The notes: generated by a model from the sequence alone, not told the origin. A stretch of DNA of 64,000 bases from an uncultured Nitrospiraceae bacterium (GCA_963727775.1 CAVSHB010000003.1:256001-320000), one strand, 5' to 3'; positions 9,730-19,505 are shown, numbered from the stretch's first letter. Translations and numbers: made by a program.

Positions 9730-10140
9730 GTGAAAAAAGGTTTATCTATGATAACTTTCTTAACCATTGGCCTCCTCTGGCTGTCAAACCTATCAGAGGG
9801 GGCTAACTGGAAACTTGTCGGTAGAAGTAAGGACGGCAATATGTCAGTATCCATTGACAATGATAGCATTAGACAGGTTTCTGATAACGTCGTAAGAGCC
9901 TGTCAGAAATCTTCGTATATCAAGCCAAAGTTGTCCAATGCTTCCCAAAAACCTATTATTGAGGTTCTCATCTGCCGACAATGGGATTGCGACGAAGAGA
10001 GATATAATGATCGCCAAATAACTTTTCGATTTATTGACGGTACAGCGAAAACAGAAAAATATGAATATACCCTGTGGCATTACATAAAACAGGGCGCTAA
10101 TGAACGCGATTTATATGATTATGTTTGCAATCAGGAATAA
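9730..10140 (+). CDS. Secreted protein, surface-adhesin-E-like
   Basis: Signal peptide, ANWKLVG..SIDNDSI, DC..E, terminal DYVC. Confidence 0.55.
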   Translation: MKKGLSMITFLTIGLLWLSNLSEGANWKLVGRSKDGNMSVSIDNDSIRQVSDNVVRACQKSSYIKPKLSNASQKPIIEVLICRQWDCDEERYNDRQITFRFIDGTAKTEKYEYTLWHYIKQGANERDLYDYVCNQE

Positions 10141-10375
10141 TGCCGCCTCTATGAAGTCGCTTGAACCGCAGCAGTTCAGTGGCTGTTTTTCTTGACGATC
10201 TATGCATCTACCTGAGGAACCTCTTCTATGCAAGTTATTGTCACTGTGACAGTGAAGGAGGAATAATATGCGTCAAATTTTATCAAAGTATATATAACAT
10301 CTGCTATGTATTGGATTGTCTTTTTAGAAGCGATAGGAGGACTTAATAAAGTTCGTTGTTCATAGGAGGACCGGT

Positions 10376-11025
10376 ATGAAAAAGATAGGGGGTTCGTTGT
10401 TGACTTTCGTTTTTCTTTTCAGCGTATGGGTTCTGCCAGTCATGGGGGGCAGACACATCACAGGATGTGGAAGAGTTGAAAGGCGAGGTGCAGAAGCTGC
10501 TCCACAGGATTCAGGACTTGGGAAAGAAGCAGAAAGAAAGCGACAAGAAGTTTGAGAGCGTGAAAGAAACAACAGAGGTTCAGAAAGAAGAAGCTCAGTT
10601 AAATAAAGAAGGGAAGGCAAAGACCTCAGTGTATTGGAGGGACCATTTAATTATTGAAACAGCTGACAAATAGTTCAAACTCCAAATAGGTGGGCAGGTG
10701 CAAGTCGATACGAGGCTATTTACCGGAAAAATACCCCGAGCCCGTCTTCTTTTGATCTCCGGAGAGCCCGCTATGACATGAGGCTATGTATACGGGTGGC
10801 ATAGACAATGACTTCCGCGTCACGGTGGAGATGGCTGGGCCGCCCCATTTGTCGAGAACGCATACTGGGTAGGTAGGGTCCATCCCGCATTTAATCTTAT
10901 GCTTGGGCAATGTGGGCGCCGCTCGAAAGGAACCGAATATGGCGGCGGCGGATGCCTGCTGTAGCTGGTCAGGGCGCAATCCAGCGTGGAACGCCCTGCG
11001 CCGAGGCGAGTTATCTCTAATCAGT
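10376..11025 (+). pseudogene. Phosphate-selective porin (OprO/P-like) pseudogene truncated by the IS21-like element
   Basis: Signal peptide, frameshift at G6 (10444-10449), coiled coil, ETADK*FKLQIGGQVQVDTRLF, SFDLRRAR, NAYW..LMLGQ in shifting frames. Confidence 0.7.
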
Positions 11026-11066
11026 TGTAACCCTGATTCGGAACTTTCGTTATTATTCTACCCAGC

Positions 11067-11744
11067 TTACTGCCTATTTCTATAGGACCTTCCTTCGAAG
11101 GTGATGAACTTTCCGTTCATGCTGAGCCGATCAAGAATCGCCGATGCAGTCACGGTATCAAACACCTTCCCCCAGTTTGACGGTACAAGGTTGGTGGTGA
11201 CGATGGTCGTGCCCACTTCCGCCCTTTTTGAGATTATCTGGAAGATGCAGTCTGCCTGTTCTTTGCTCGGGATCACATAGCCGATCTCATCCAGACACCA
11301 AACGGCTGCCCGCGCGTGGTATTCGATGAAGCTGTAGATGCTCTTGGCCTTCGCCATTTTGGCGGTGAGGTCAAACAAGGTAAGAAAGACCGTCTGACAG
11401 CCTTTGGTAAGGGCATCATGGCACAGTGCGGTTGCGACATGGGTTTTACCGACACCGGCCGGGCCTATGAGCACAAGGTTGCTGGGTTTCTTAAGCCACT
11501 GGGTGTTCATGTATTCTATGATCTTGTCCCTTGGTATCTTTGGATTATATTTCCAGTCGAAGTCATCGAGGATCTTTGTTCTCTTGATGCCGGACATGTT
11601 CATGAGGTACTGGATCCTTTTTAACTCCTTTCGATGATACTCCTCGGTGAGGAACTTCAACATAAACTCCTTTTGTTCTTTTGAAAGAGCTTCAAGATCC
11701 GCAAGGAGCCTGAAGTGCCTCCACAGCTCAGATAAGTTCATCAT
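11067..11744 (-). CDS. istB: IS21 helper ATPase
   Basis: LDDFDW, GPAGVGKTHVA, LDEIGY, TTNL, AILDRL, FEGRSYR. Confidence 0.92.
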   Translation of the reverse strand: MMNLSELWRHFRLLADLEALSKEQKEFMLKFLTEEYHRKELKRIQYLMNMSGIKRTKILDDFDWKYNPKIPRDKIIEYMNTQWLKKPSNLVLIGPAGVGKTHVATALCHDALTKGCQTVFLTLFDLTAKMAKAKSIYSFIEYHARAAVWCLDEIGYVIPSKEQADCIFQIISKRAEVGTTIVTTNLVPSNWGKVFDTVTASAILDRLSMNGKFITFEGRSYRNRQ

Positions 11745-13140
11745 AATCGCTCAGTTGCCTCCCTTCATATGAGATATGTAACAGCCCCGGGTTCTGGGGA
11801 TGCACGGGATTGTCCTGATTGCCCGCCGGACCCAGAAGCCCCTGGATATAGGTCACTCTATAGGTATCGATGCTTATGGCGGCCTTGACCGCCGATATCA
11901 GTGTCTCCCTGGCTATGCCTTTAAGAAGTTTGAACAGTTCGTAAGCAACCTCAAGAGGATCCTGTCCCTCTTGTTCAGCGCGGTTGAGGAAGTGTTCGAT
12001 GTTTTTGTCCATGGACTTCAGAAGCTGGTGCATCCTTTTGTATTTATAGTGGGGAGTGATATTGAGAAGTTTCTCGCGGTGAGAAGGATGTTCTATCTTT
12101 TGTTTTCTGTCGAATACCCGTTTGTGCGTCGCTATCTTTCTGCCATGCACCGCTATTTCTATGTGCTGAGGATACCCAAAGATGTCGCAGGGCATATCTC
12201 CGTACTGGGATGGCACTGAGTAGCGGTTGGTGTCGAACTCCACAAAGCACGTCTTGTTGATGGATGCCGGCTCCTGTCTGTAAGGCAGGTAATGGATTTG
12301 GGGGAGAGCTATGAGTCTCTCCTGCTTTAACGCCTCAACAGGAGGCATTCCCGTGGATCGGTGAATCCTGGCATTTCTCTGTATGCGCCAGAGGCCGAAT
12401 CTTTTATTAAGATCGTCGATATCGGCGAAGGTATTGATGACGAGGAAGCTTTCAATGTCTCTGATGACCCGCTCAACCCTGCCTTTCTCATTAGGCTTGC
12501 CAGGATTGCAGGCACGGATAGAGAAATTATAGTGCCGTGCAAAGTCCAAAAAACGAGCATTGTAAGTTATCTCCGGTTTTCTCTTTATGACTACGGACTT
12601 GAGATTGTCATAAGCATGTCTGTTGGCGACACCTCCTATTTCTTTGAAGGCCTCAATATGGCCGTCCAGGAAAAACTCCATAGAGCTCCTCAGATAGAAG
12701 TGAGCGTAAAGGTACCGCGAATAGGACAGGATGTAGCCGAACCCGTAGACTACCCCGAAAGGCATGCTCCTCTGCATCCAATCAACCTGCGATTCTTCCC
12801 CTGGAAGAAACTCCAGCGCATGGAAGGAGTTGCCCTTCCGCTTCTTTCTTAATGGGAGCGTGTAATCCTTCACCGCCGTATACCCTCCCTCATACCCGTA
12901 GCCCTTCAGCCGCTCCATTACCTGTATGGCCTGCAGAAACGGATATTCCGTGTACCACTGCTGAATTAACCGCGCATAGGGCGCCAGGATGTTACCGGAG
13001 GATCTTCTCCTGGTGTCGTCTTGCCGAATGAGGCGGGTAACCTTTTTTCTCGATATGCCCAGCTTCGTCGCTACCTGATTCAGGCTCAACCCTTCAACCT
13101 GATATAGGTGCCGCGCCCGGTTTTGAAGCGATTCTTGCAT
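11728..13140 (-). CDS. istA: IS21 transposase
   Basis: N-terminal HTH, PGEESQVDW, YDNLKSVV, KPNEKGRVER, FDTNRYSVP. Confidence 0.92.
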   Translation of the reverse strand: MQESLQNRARHLYQVEGLSLNQVATKLGISRKKVTRLIRQDDTRRRSSGNILAPYARLIQQWYTEYPFLQAIQVMERLKGYGYEGGYTAVKDYTLPLRKKRKGNSFHALEFLPGEESQVDWMQRSMPFGVVYGFGYILSYSRYLYAHFYLRSSMEFFLDGHIEAFKEIGGVANRHAYDNLKSVVIKRKPEITYNARFLDFARHYNFSIRACNPGKPNEKGRVERVIRDIESFLVINTFADIDDLNKRFGLWRIQRNARIHRSTGMPPVEALKQERLIALPQIHYLPYRQEPASINKTCFVEFDTNRYSVPSQYGDMPCDIFGYPQHIEIAVHGRKIATHKRVFDRKQKIEHPSHREKLLNITPHYKYKRMHQLLKSMDKNIEHFLNRAEQEGQDPLEVAYELFKLLKGIARETLISAVKAAISIDTYRVTYIQGLLGPAGNQDNPVHPQNPGLLHISYEGRQLSDYDELI

Positions 13141-13215
13141 TGATGGATCATCTCCTTCCCTGATGTGATGATCCAGTTTACCTCAGCGCCGATTACGAGT
13201 CCATTTCGTCTTTTA

Positions 13216-13584
13216 TCATGGCCCATAGGCCGCAAACGTATGACTATCAAGCCTTCGCAGTCGTATCTCGTCTTTTATCATCCCTTTAATGCCACCCGGT
13301 ATCAGCAAAACCAGTTCCTGTAAAGGCTTTGAAGGGGGTATCTCGTCTTTTATCATTTGTCGCGGCAAGGGAGACACATGTAGCTCTTTGCGTCGCTGCC
13401 GCCAGGGTTTGACATAGTCGAGATACAGGTTATTGAAATACTCAGGATTATTTTGGCGCCACCGCTGCTGGGACTGGTTCTTTCTTGCCCGCTTGCATTG
13501 CTTTCGCTGACAGACTTTCTGCCTCGCTCCGATCCGTTTATCAGGCGTGAAATACCGCCCACAGTGCATGCATCTCTTTACCAA
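13216..13584 (-). CDS. Cys-rich basic accessory protein of the IS21-like element
   Basis: TTG start after GGAGGT; CxxC...CxxxxC, RWRQNNPEYF; MIKDEI repeated twice. Confidence 0.65.
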   Translation of the reverse strand: MVKRCMHCGRYFTPDKRIGARQKVCQRKQCKRARKNQSQQRWRQNNPEYFNNLYLDYVKPWRQRRKELHVSPLPRQMIKDEIPPSKPLQELVLLIPGGIKGMIKDEIRLRRLDSHTFAAYGP

Positions 13585-13829
13585 TGATTACCTCCAACTA
13601 CTTTGTTGTAGGTATCATTGTATGTAAAGGTGGGTCTCTAAGGTGGGTTCTTCAGTCTACTCATTAATTCTAACTGCAATCTTCAGGCTGGCTCCATCAG
13701 CGACGCTTTCGGTTCCTCCGTTACCAGTTCTTTTACTCCGCCGCCCACAGGCAATTCAAGGTGCCGATCAATTCATCTGACAGGTTAACGGAAAAGGCAG
13801 CGCTGAACTTCATAGAGTATGCGGTTACC

Positions 13830-14077
13830 GAGCCTTTAACTGCTTACTATGATCGCGGCTTCAACATTATCAGTAAATTCTTAAGAGTATCCTCGATTGC
13901 CTTTGCCATCGGACATGATGCTTTACCGAATCCGACAATAGTTAGTTTCTTAAAGTTTTCGATCTCCCATAATGATGCAATGTGCGGGCAGTATTTTTGT
14001 ACCGATTTGTATGGTGAAACAGCTTCTGAAGCGGCACTAAATATTTCAGTGATCATTTGTGTTGCAGTTCGGGTCAT
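13830..14077 (-). pseudogene. Glycerate 2-kinase (DUF4147) N-terminal fragment
   Basis: EIFSAASEAVSP...IVGFGKASCPMAKA, then frameshift and stop. Confidence 0.75.
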
Positions 14078-14124
14078 TTTCTGAATATATCCCAAGAATG
14101 CATAGAAAAGTTATTTCTATAAAC

Positions 14125-14154
14125 TTGACAGTGTAACTATTACGCTATTATAAT
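14125..14154 (+). promoter_or_regulatory. Sigma70 promoter of the Phd-VapC operon
   Basis: TTGACA-18nt-TATAAT perfect hexamers 32 nt before the antitoxin ATG. Confidence 0.75.
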
Positions 14155-14186
14155 GTAGTCATTAATTCTTGTAAAGGAGTTACTTT

Positions 14187-14447
14187 ATGGTTTCAGCCGG
14201 CGTCAAGGAACTTAAGGCAAAACTAAGCGCGTATCTGGATAAAGTCCAAAAGGGTGAGCAGGTCATTATCACCGAGCATGGTAGAGAGGTCGCGATTATT
14301 ACTCCTATCTCAAAGGAAAGAATGGCAATCAGGTCTCTCATTGATGCGGGTAAGGCGCACTGGGGCGGAGGAAAACCCAAAGGACTTGCCGGTATCAAGA
14401 TTAACGGGAAGCCTTTATCTGAGACCGTCATAGAAGAACGCAGATGA
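14187..14447 (+). CDS. Phd/YefM-family antitoxin
   Basis: GVKELKAKLSAYLDKVQKGEQVIITEHGREVA; overlaps toxin start (ATGA). Confidence 0.9.
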   Translation: MVSAGVKELKAKLSAYLDKVQKGEQVIITEHGREVAIITPISKERMAIRSLIDAGKAHWGGGKPKGLAGIKINGKPLSETVIEERR

Positions 14448-14869
14448 TCCTATATCTTGGCACAAGCAGCCTCATAAAGTTATATATGGAGGAACGATGT
14501 TCTGACATGGTCAGAGAATGGGTCAAGGAGGCAGAAATAGTGGCAACTTGCCGAGTGGCTTACACTGAAATGATATCCGCACTTGAACTTAGGCTGAAAC
14601 GAAACGATCTCTCGAAAAGTGACTACGAGCATATTGTGAGAAGATTTTCAGAGGATTGGCTCAAATTTGCTGTTGTTGATTTTGACGAAAGAGATGCAGG
14701 AGCCCTTGTTAGAAAATATGGACTGACCCGATTTGATGCGATCCACCTCTCCGCTGCAAGGCTTCTAAAAAGCGAGGGCCCTGATATCTCATTATTATTC
14801 TCCTCAGCTGATACTAACCTTTGCAAAGCCGCTGCCGCTGAGGGGCTGAAGGTCTTGTCCTTCTGCTAA
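14444..14869 (+). CDS. vapC: VapC PIN-domain toxin, first catalytic Asp replaced by Gly
   Basis: ILYLGTSSLIKLY (cf. YLDTSSL), FDAIHLSAA, SADTNL. Confidence 0.85.
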   Translation: MILYLGTSSLIKLYMEERCSDMVREWVKEAEIVATCRVAYTEMISALELRLKRNDLSKSDYEHIVRRFSEDWLKFAVVDFDERDAGALVRKYGLTRFDAIHLSAARLLKSEGPDISLLFSSADTNLCKAAAAEGLKVLSFC

Positions 14870-15025
14870 GCCACATAATCTACGGATGAGATTAATTAGG
14901 GACAGGGTGGATGATTTTTATCAAACGAGTGTTGTAGCAACCTTTCACACCTTCGGGAGAAAAGATATTGAAAAAAGCGAAGCGGAAATGACAAGGGATG
15001 AGAGTCAAATAATAGCCGTAATATC

Positions 15026-16042
15026 GTGGCACAGAAAATAATGAAGAAAAAAAGAAGTATTTATATATTTATAATCACCAGTTCTGTTTTGTTTATTACC
15101 TATCTGCACTATTCTACCATCCCCAAAGTCCATGCGTTGCATGATATTTACAGAGAGCTTTATTACATACCACTTCTCATCGGAGCTATGGCATTTGGTC
15201 TCAGAGGCGCATTATTGACCTATCTGTTTATAACAGCCGTATACGCCCCCTATATCATTGAAAGTTGGTCCGGGGATTTATTGTTTGAAACAAAACGATT
15301 GCTTTACTTCTTATTCTCAGGAATATTTTCTTACTTAGCTGGATTTCTTATCGACCGTGATAGAAAACAACGTAAACAGATGGAGCATGACCGTTACCTT
15401 GCTGCCATAGGGCAATTCGCGGCCGGAATTGTTCACGATCTAAAAAATCCGCTCATTTCAATCTTAGGATTTGCAAAACGTATCCAGGAAGGCAAGGGGA
15501 ATGTAACCTCTTCGATCCAAACAATCATAGATTCAGCACAAGATATGCGAAAGATTACATTGGAAGTGCTGGATTTTGCCAAGCCTTCTCATTTAGCTTT
15601 GGAAGAAGACATGAGAAACATTATTGCTCGTTCATGTGATGTTTGCAGGACTAAGGCTGAAGAGAAAAGCGTGATCTTATCAACGGAACTTCCTTCAACT
15701 CCAATAAAAGGCATGTTTGATAGTTTACACATGGAAAGAGCTATTTCAAATCTTCTAAGCAATGCTATCGATGCCTCTGGTAAAGACCAAGATATTAGAA
15801 TCAGAGCTGATCTGGGGAAAGATTCCATAATCATAAAGATCAAGGACAATGGGTCGGGGATGGATAAAGAAACACTCGAAAATATCTTTACTTTATTTTA
15901 CACAGGAAAAAGAACCGGGACGGGACTTGGTCTTCCTATAGCCAAAAAGATTATTGATGAACACGGAGGCGAGATCGTTATTAAGAGTCAGCTTGGCACA
16001 GGAACAGAAGTCACTATATATATGCCACTATCTCGAAAATGA
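15026..16042 (+). CDS. Membrane sensor histidine kinase (no adjacent response regulator)
   Basis: TM N-terminus; VHDLKNPL H-box; NLLSNAID, DNGSGM, GTGLGL. Confidence 0.9.
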   Translation: MAQKIMKKKRSIYIFIITSSVLFITYLHYSTIPKVHALHDIYRELYYIPLLIGAMAFGLRGALLTYLFITAVYAPYIIESWSGDLLFETKRLLYFLFSGIFSYLAGFLIDRDRKQRKQMEHDRYLAAIGQFAAGIVHDLKNPLISILGFAKRIQEGKGNVTSSIQTIIDSAQDMRKITLEVLDFAKPSHLALEEDMRNIIARSCDVCRTKAEEKSVILSTELPSTPIKGMFDSLHMERAISNLLSNAIDASGKDQDIRIRADLGKDSIIIKIKDNGSGMDKETLENIFTLFYTGKRTGTGLGLPIAKKIIDEHGGEIVIKSQLGTGTEVTIYMPLSRK

Positions 16043-16197
16043 TGTCACCGTAGTTCGATTAACGGGAATATAAGTGGCGATGTGTCTTATTACAGTTTAT
16101 TGCAAGCAATATTTACAGATGGTAACAGGCTCTAATAATCGAAGGTTGCGGGGAAATACAAACTGCAAGATATGATGTTTAGCAGAGATTGTACTAA

Positions 16198-17541
16198 ATG
16201 AAAAGAAGAGTCATAGAAGGGTCAATACTCTTTATCAGCGTCAGCAAATGGGTGATCCTGGCGTCGTGTATAGGGGTTATTGTTGGCTTATCAACGGCAA
16301 TATTCCTGAAACTATTAGGTCTTGGGATAACATTTACAAGCAGCTATAAATATTATTTTGTTTTGCTTCCGGCAGCGCTATTCCTTAGCAGTCTAATTGT
16401 AAAATATCTTGCTCCGGAAGCAGAAGGACATGGCACAGAAAAAGTAATAGAAGCGGTACATAAACGTTCCGGGAAAATAAATCCACTGGTTGTCCCGATA
16501 AAGCTTATTGCGACAATTATAACAATTGCGCTCGGCGGGTCCGCAGGGAAGGAAGGTCCCTGTGCACAAATAGGCGGAGGGCTTGCGTCTGCATTTGCTG
16601 ACCTGTTTAGGTTTAGGAACAGAGACCGCAAGAAGCTGGTTATATGCGGCATCAGTGCGGGGTTTGCCACTGTATTCGGGACACCTATCGCAGGTGCCAT
16701 CTTTGGTGTTGAAGTGCTTTTTGTTGGCGGCCTGATGTACGACGTGCTTCTCCCTGCCTTTGTTGCAGGCATTGTGGGCTATCAAGTTTCTTCCGGTTTG
16801 GGAATAACGTATTTCTACCACCAACTAAACTTTGTGCCTGTCTTTAGTAGCCTCTTTTTTATTAAGGTGTGCTTAAGTGGCATATTTTTCGGACTCTGTT
16901 CTTTCCTGTTCATTGAAATTTTGAAGTATTCTATGAATCTGAGCAAGAGAATAAAAATGTGGATGCCATATAAGGGGATATTTGGAGGTGCTGTCCTTGT
17001 ATTGCTTACGTTTCTGCTGTCTCCTCAATATTTAGGCCTTGGACTGGATACAATTAAAGGTGCCCTTGAAGGCAGAGACGTTCCGGCATTAGCTTTCTTC
17101 TATAAAATGGTATTTACTTCGATTACCCTTAATTTCGGCGGAAGCGGCGGCATAGTAACTCCTATCTTCTTTATAGGATCTACTTCCGGCAGCTTCTTTG
17201 GCAGGATTTTCGGGCTTGATCAGAACATATTTTCTGCAATAGGAATGGTCAGTCTCCTTGCAGGTGCAGCGAACACACCGATTTCCGCGAGCTTAATGGC
17301 TGTAGAGCTTTTCGGTGCTCAGGTGGCTCCTTATGCGGCAATAGCCTGTGTCATCAGTTTTCTGATGACGGGGCATAGAAGTGTTTACCCCAGTCAGGTA
17401 TTATCCATTGCAAAGGCAGCCTCTTTCATCGTGGATAAAGGCGGCGTCATGGAAGATATCGACGAGATAGAGGTTAAACTCAGGCCAAAAAGCCTTATCG
17501 GCGGAATAGTCAAACTGATGAACAGAATGAGAGGAAAATGA
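16198..17541 (+). CDS. ClC/EriC-family chloride channel/antiporter
   Basis: GGSAGKEGP, FGTPIAGAIFGVEV, GGIVTPIF, ANTPIS. Confidence 0.9.
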   Translation: MKRRVIEGSILFISVSKWVILASCIGVIVGLSTAIFLKLLGLGITFTSSYKYYFVLLPAALFLSSLIVKYLAPEAEGHGTEKVIEAVHKRSGKINPLVVPIKLIATIITIALGGSAGKEGPCAQIGGGLASAFADLFRFRNRDRKKLVICGISAGFATVFGTPIAGAIFGVEVLFVGGLMYDVLLPAFVAGIVGYQVSSGLGITYFYHQLNFVPVFSSLFFIKVCLSGIFFGLCSFLFIEILKYSMNLSKRIKMWMPYKGIFGGAVLVLLTFLLSPQYLGLGLDTIKGALEGRDVPALAFFYKMVFTSITLNFGGSGGIVTPIFFIGSTSGSFFGRIFGLDQNIFSAIGMVSLLAGAANTPISASLMAVELFGAQVAPYAAIACVISFLMTGHRSVYPSQVLSIAKAASFIVDKGGVMEDIDEIEVKLRPKSLIGGIVKLMNRMRGK

Positions 17542-17657
17542 GGCGGCGAATCGATTTCGCATGGATTTTTGATGAGACAATTCGAGTGGATGACTTGGTA
17601 CGATATATTCGATAGGTTATAGAATCTTTTGTCAATGTCATTAGTAGAGTGCATGAT

Positions 17658-18089
17658 ATGAATTCATATAAGAAGAGAGATTTTGTCAGTTCACTGTTCC
17701 TATTTTATTTTATTGTGTATGCAGTGTCTCCTCTTTCTTATTCTTATACTGCAAAAAAGGTAGTTGGGAATTTTAGTGCTCCAGACACAACATCCTGTGT
17801 TTCAAAAGATATTGATATTTTTTTCTGGGAACTTATCTGTACAAAACTGGCTTCAAAAAGAGAGGTTCCTAATTCCAATTCGATCACAATACTTTTCAGA
17901 AAAGCACGTGCAATCTTACCAAAAGATATCAATATAGAAATCATGCATTCGGAAGATCTATATGTAGCAGAAGGGTACCTTGTTCCTGTTTCATATCCCT
18001 TATCCACATTAGCAATTCTGTTTCGTGGACAAGGCCAGTTAGAGGATTATCCTCCCATGCATTCCGGTCCTTCCCCGCCTTCAGTATAA
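17658..18089 (+). CDS. Hypothetical protein with N-terminal TM/signal and C-terminal HSGPSPPSV
   Basis: ORF with paralog at 8690-8994; likely start ATG 17658. Confidence 0.7.
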   Translation: MNSYKKRDFVSSLFLFYFIVYAVSPLSYSYTAKKVVGNFSAPDTTSCVSKDIDIFFWELICTKLASKREVPNSNSITILFRKARAILPKDINIEIMHSEDLYVAEGYLVPVSYPLSTLAILFRGQGQLEDYPPMHSGPSPPSV

Positions 18090-18332
18090 ACTGCACAGTT
18101 GGTTTTCGTATCTTCTTAGAAGATCTACTTGCTAAGGCAATAGAAACGCTCTCTGTTAACGGATTTCTATGAACACCCTTTTCAGAGAAATCCCTTCGCA
18201 ACTTGTCAAGGAAAGAAGTGAGAAACGCCAATCTGTGTGGAAAGCAATCAAACTCTTGGTACAAAACAGAATGGCGCATTTTGTTTGCAAATTTTGTTAA
18301 AAGAACTTTTTGTCGAGAAAGGAGGTATATAG

Positions 18333-18620
18333 ATGAAAAAGTCAATTTTATTAGCTCTTCCTATAATGTCATCGCTATTATTCGGATGCGCTTCCACAGA
18401 GTACGTAAACCACCAGTTAGAACCCATAGTAGAGCGAATGAACAAATTGGAACAGGATGCAAAGGAAACTAGATCGCTGGCTCAGGAAGCGATGAAAACT
18501 GCAAATGATTGTCGCACCAAGGTGGCGGCTGATGCAAAAAAGTCTGAGGCCGCTGCCGAAAGAGCTGAGAGCGAGGCAAAGAAATGCGAAAAGGCCTTCG
18601 AATTACATCAGCAAAAATAG
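18333..18620 (+). CDS. Lpp/OprI-like alanine-zipper lipoprotein 1 (77 aa mature)
   Basis: SD AGGAGG; lipobox LLFGC; Ala-rich coiled coil; ends KAFELHQQK. Confidence 0.85.
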   Translation: MKKSILLALPIMSSLLFGCASTEYVNHQLEPIVERMNKLEQDAKETRSLAQEAMKTANDCRTKVAADAKKSEAAAERAESEAKKCEKAFELHQQK

Positions 18621-18681
18621 GAAGAGTCTTTGATTCTGCACTAACAGACTCGCAAAGCGGTTTGTGAAAGGAGGTGAAAGT

Positions 18682-18837
18682 ATGATAAAAGGACTTTTGA
18701 TCGTACCTTTGATATCACTGCTACTGTTCGGATGCTGCACCGGAGAATATGTAAAACGGTCTGAAGCCGCGGCTGAGAGGGCTGAGAATGCAGCAAATAA
18801 ATGCGAAAAAGCCTTCGGCTTGTACCAGCAAAAATAG
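18682..18837 (+). CDS. Lpp/OprI-like lipoprotein 2 (51 aa; 34 aa mature), not in ORF track
   Basis: SD AGGAGGTG; MIKGLLIVPLISLLLFGCCTGEYVKRSEAAAERAENAANKCEKAFGLYQQK. Confidence 0.8.
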   Translation: MIKGLLIVPLISLLLFGCCTGEYVKRSEAAAERAENAANKCEKAFGLYQQK

Positions 18838-18898
18838 TAATGCTTTTTGATTATGCGGCAAAAACCTTTTGAACTATTTTGGGAGAGGAGGTGAAAAG

Positions 18899-19297
18899 AT
18901 GAGGAGAGGACTTTTGATTATACCGTTGATATCGCTGCTATTCTTAGGATGTGCCACAAAAGATTATATAAAAGAGCAAGTAGACCCGCTGGTTGATAGA
19001 ATCAGCCAGCTTGAGGCAAAGGTTACATCCATTGAATCTAGAGTTAATTCACTGGAAGCCAAAGTAAAAGAAGTTGATGTTGCCAAGAAAGACGCCATGG
19101 AAGCTAGAACTTTGGCCCAGGAGGCAATGAAAATTGCAAAAGACTGCGAGAATAAGGCTGAGGCCGCAGAAAAGAGAGCTATAGCTGCAGAAAAGAAAGC
19201 CGCGGCAGCGGCCGAAAGGGCTGAGGCGGCAGCTGAAAAAGCTGAGCTTGCCGCAAAGAAAGCTGGGAAGGCCTTTGAATTACGTCAAAGAAAATAG
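18899..19297 (+). CDS. Lpp/OprI-like lipoprotein 3 (115 aa mature)
   Basis: SD AGGAGGTG, ATG 18899; lipobox LFLGC; long coiled coil; ends KAFELRQRK. Confidence 0.85.
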   Translation: MRRGLLIIPLISLLFLGCATKDYIKEQVDPLVDRISQLEAKVTSIESRVNSLEAKVKEVDVAKKDAMEARTLAQEAMKIAKDCENKAEAAEKRAIAAEKKAAAAAERAEAAAEKAELAAKKAGKAFELRQRK

Positions 19298-19447
19298 AGT
19301 CACGTGCATGTTGAATGACTCTTTTATGTGGGGCAAGATGACATCTCGCCCCTTCCTCCGCGTACCTTGTGAGTAATGGTTATTATATGCGTAAAATATT
19401 TTGCTTCTAATGACTTAAAATATGCTGCCTGATAAAAACATTTTTAA

Positions 19448-19505
19448 ATGAAAAAGAAATTCGTAGACGAGTCAATCCTTTTTATCAACATAATTAAGTG
19501 GTTAT
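19448..19505 (+). pseudogene. N-terminal remnant of a second ClC gene
   Basis: MKKKFVDESILFINIIKW resembles MKRRVIEGSILFISVSKW of 16198. Confidence 0.5.

Larger units (their letters stand above)
11026..13678 (-). mobile_element. IS21-family element with extra upstream ORF (ends tentative)
   Basis: istA-istB pair; candidate TG...CA termini at 11026 and 13678; repeated AGGTGGGT near 13628-13648; no clear target duplication. Confidence 0.7.

Noticed and set aside
16198..17541. Fluoride-specific CLC-F exporter with fluoride riboswitch
   Set aside because: Motifs are GHGTE/GKEGP/GIVTP rather than GNNLI/GREGT/GEVTP, and no riboswitch consensus is seen upstream
18271..18290. Sigma54 promoter upstream of the Lpp-like trio (TGGCGC..TTGC)
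   Set aside because: GG to GC spacing is 12 nt, not the required 10
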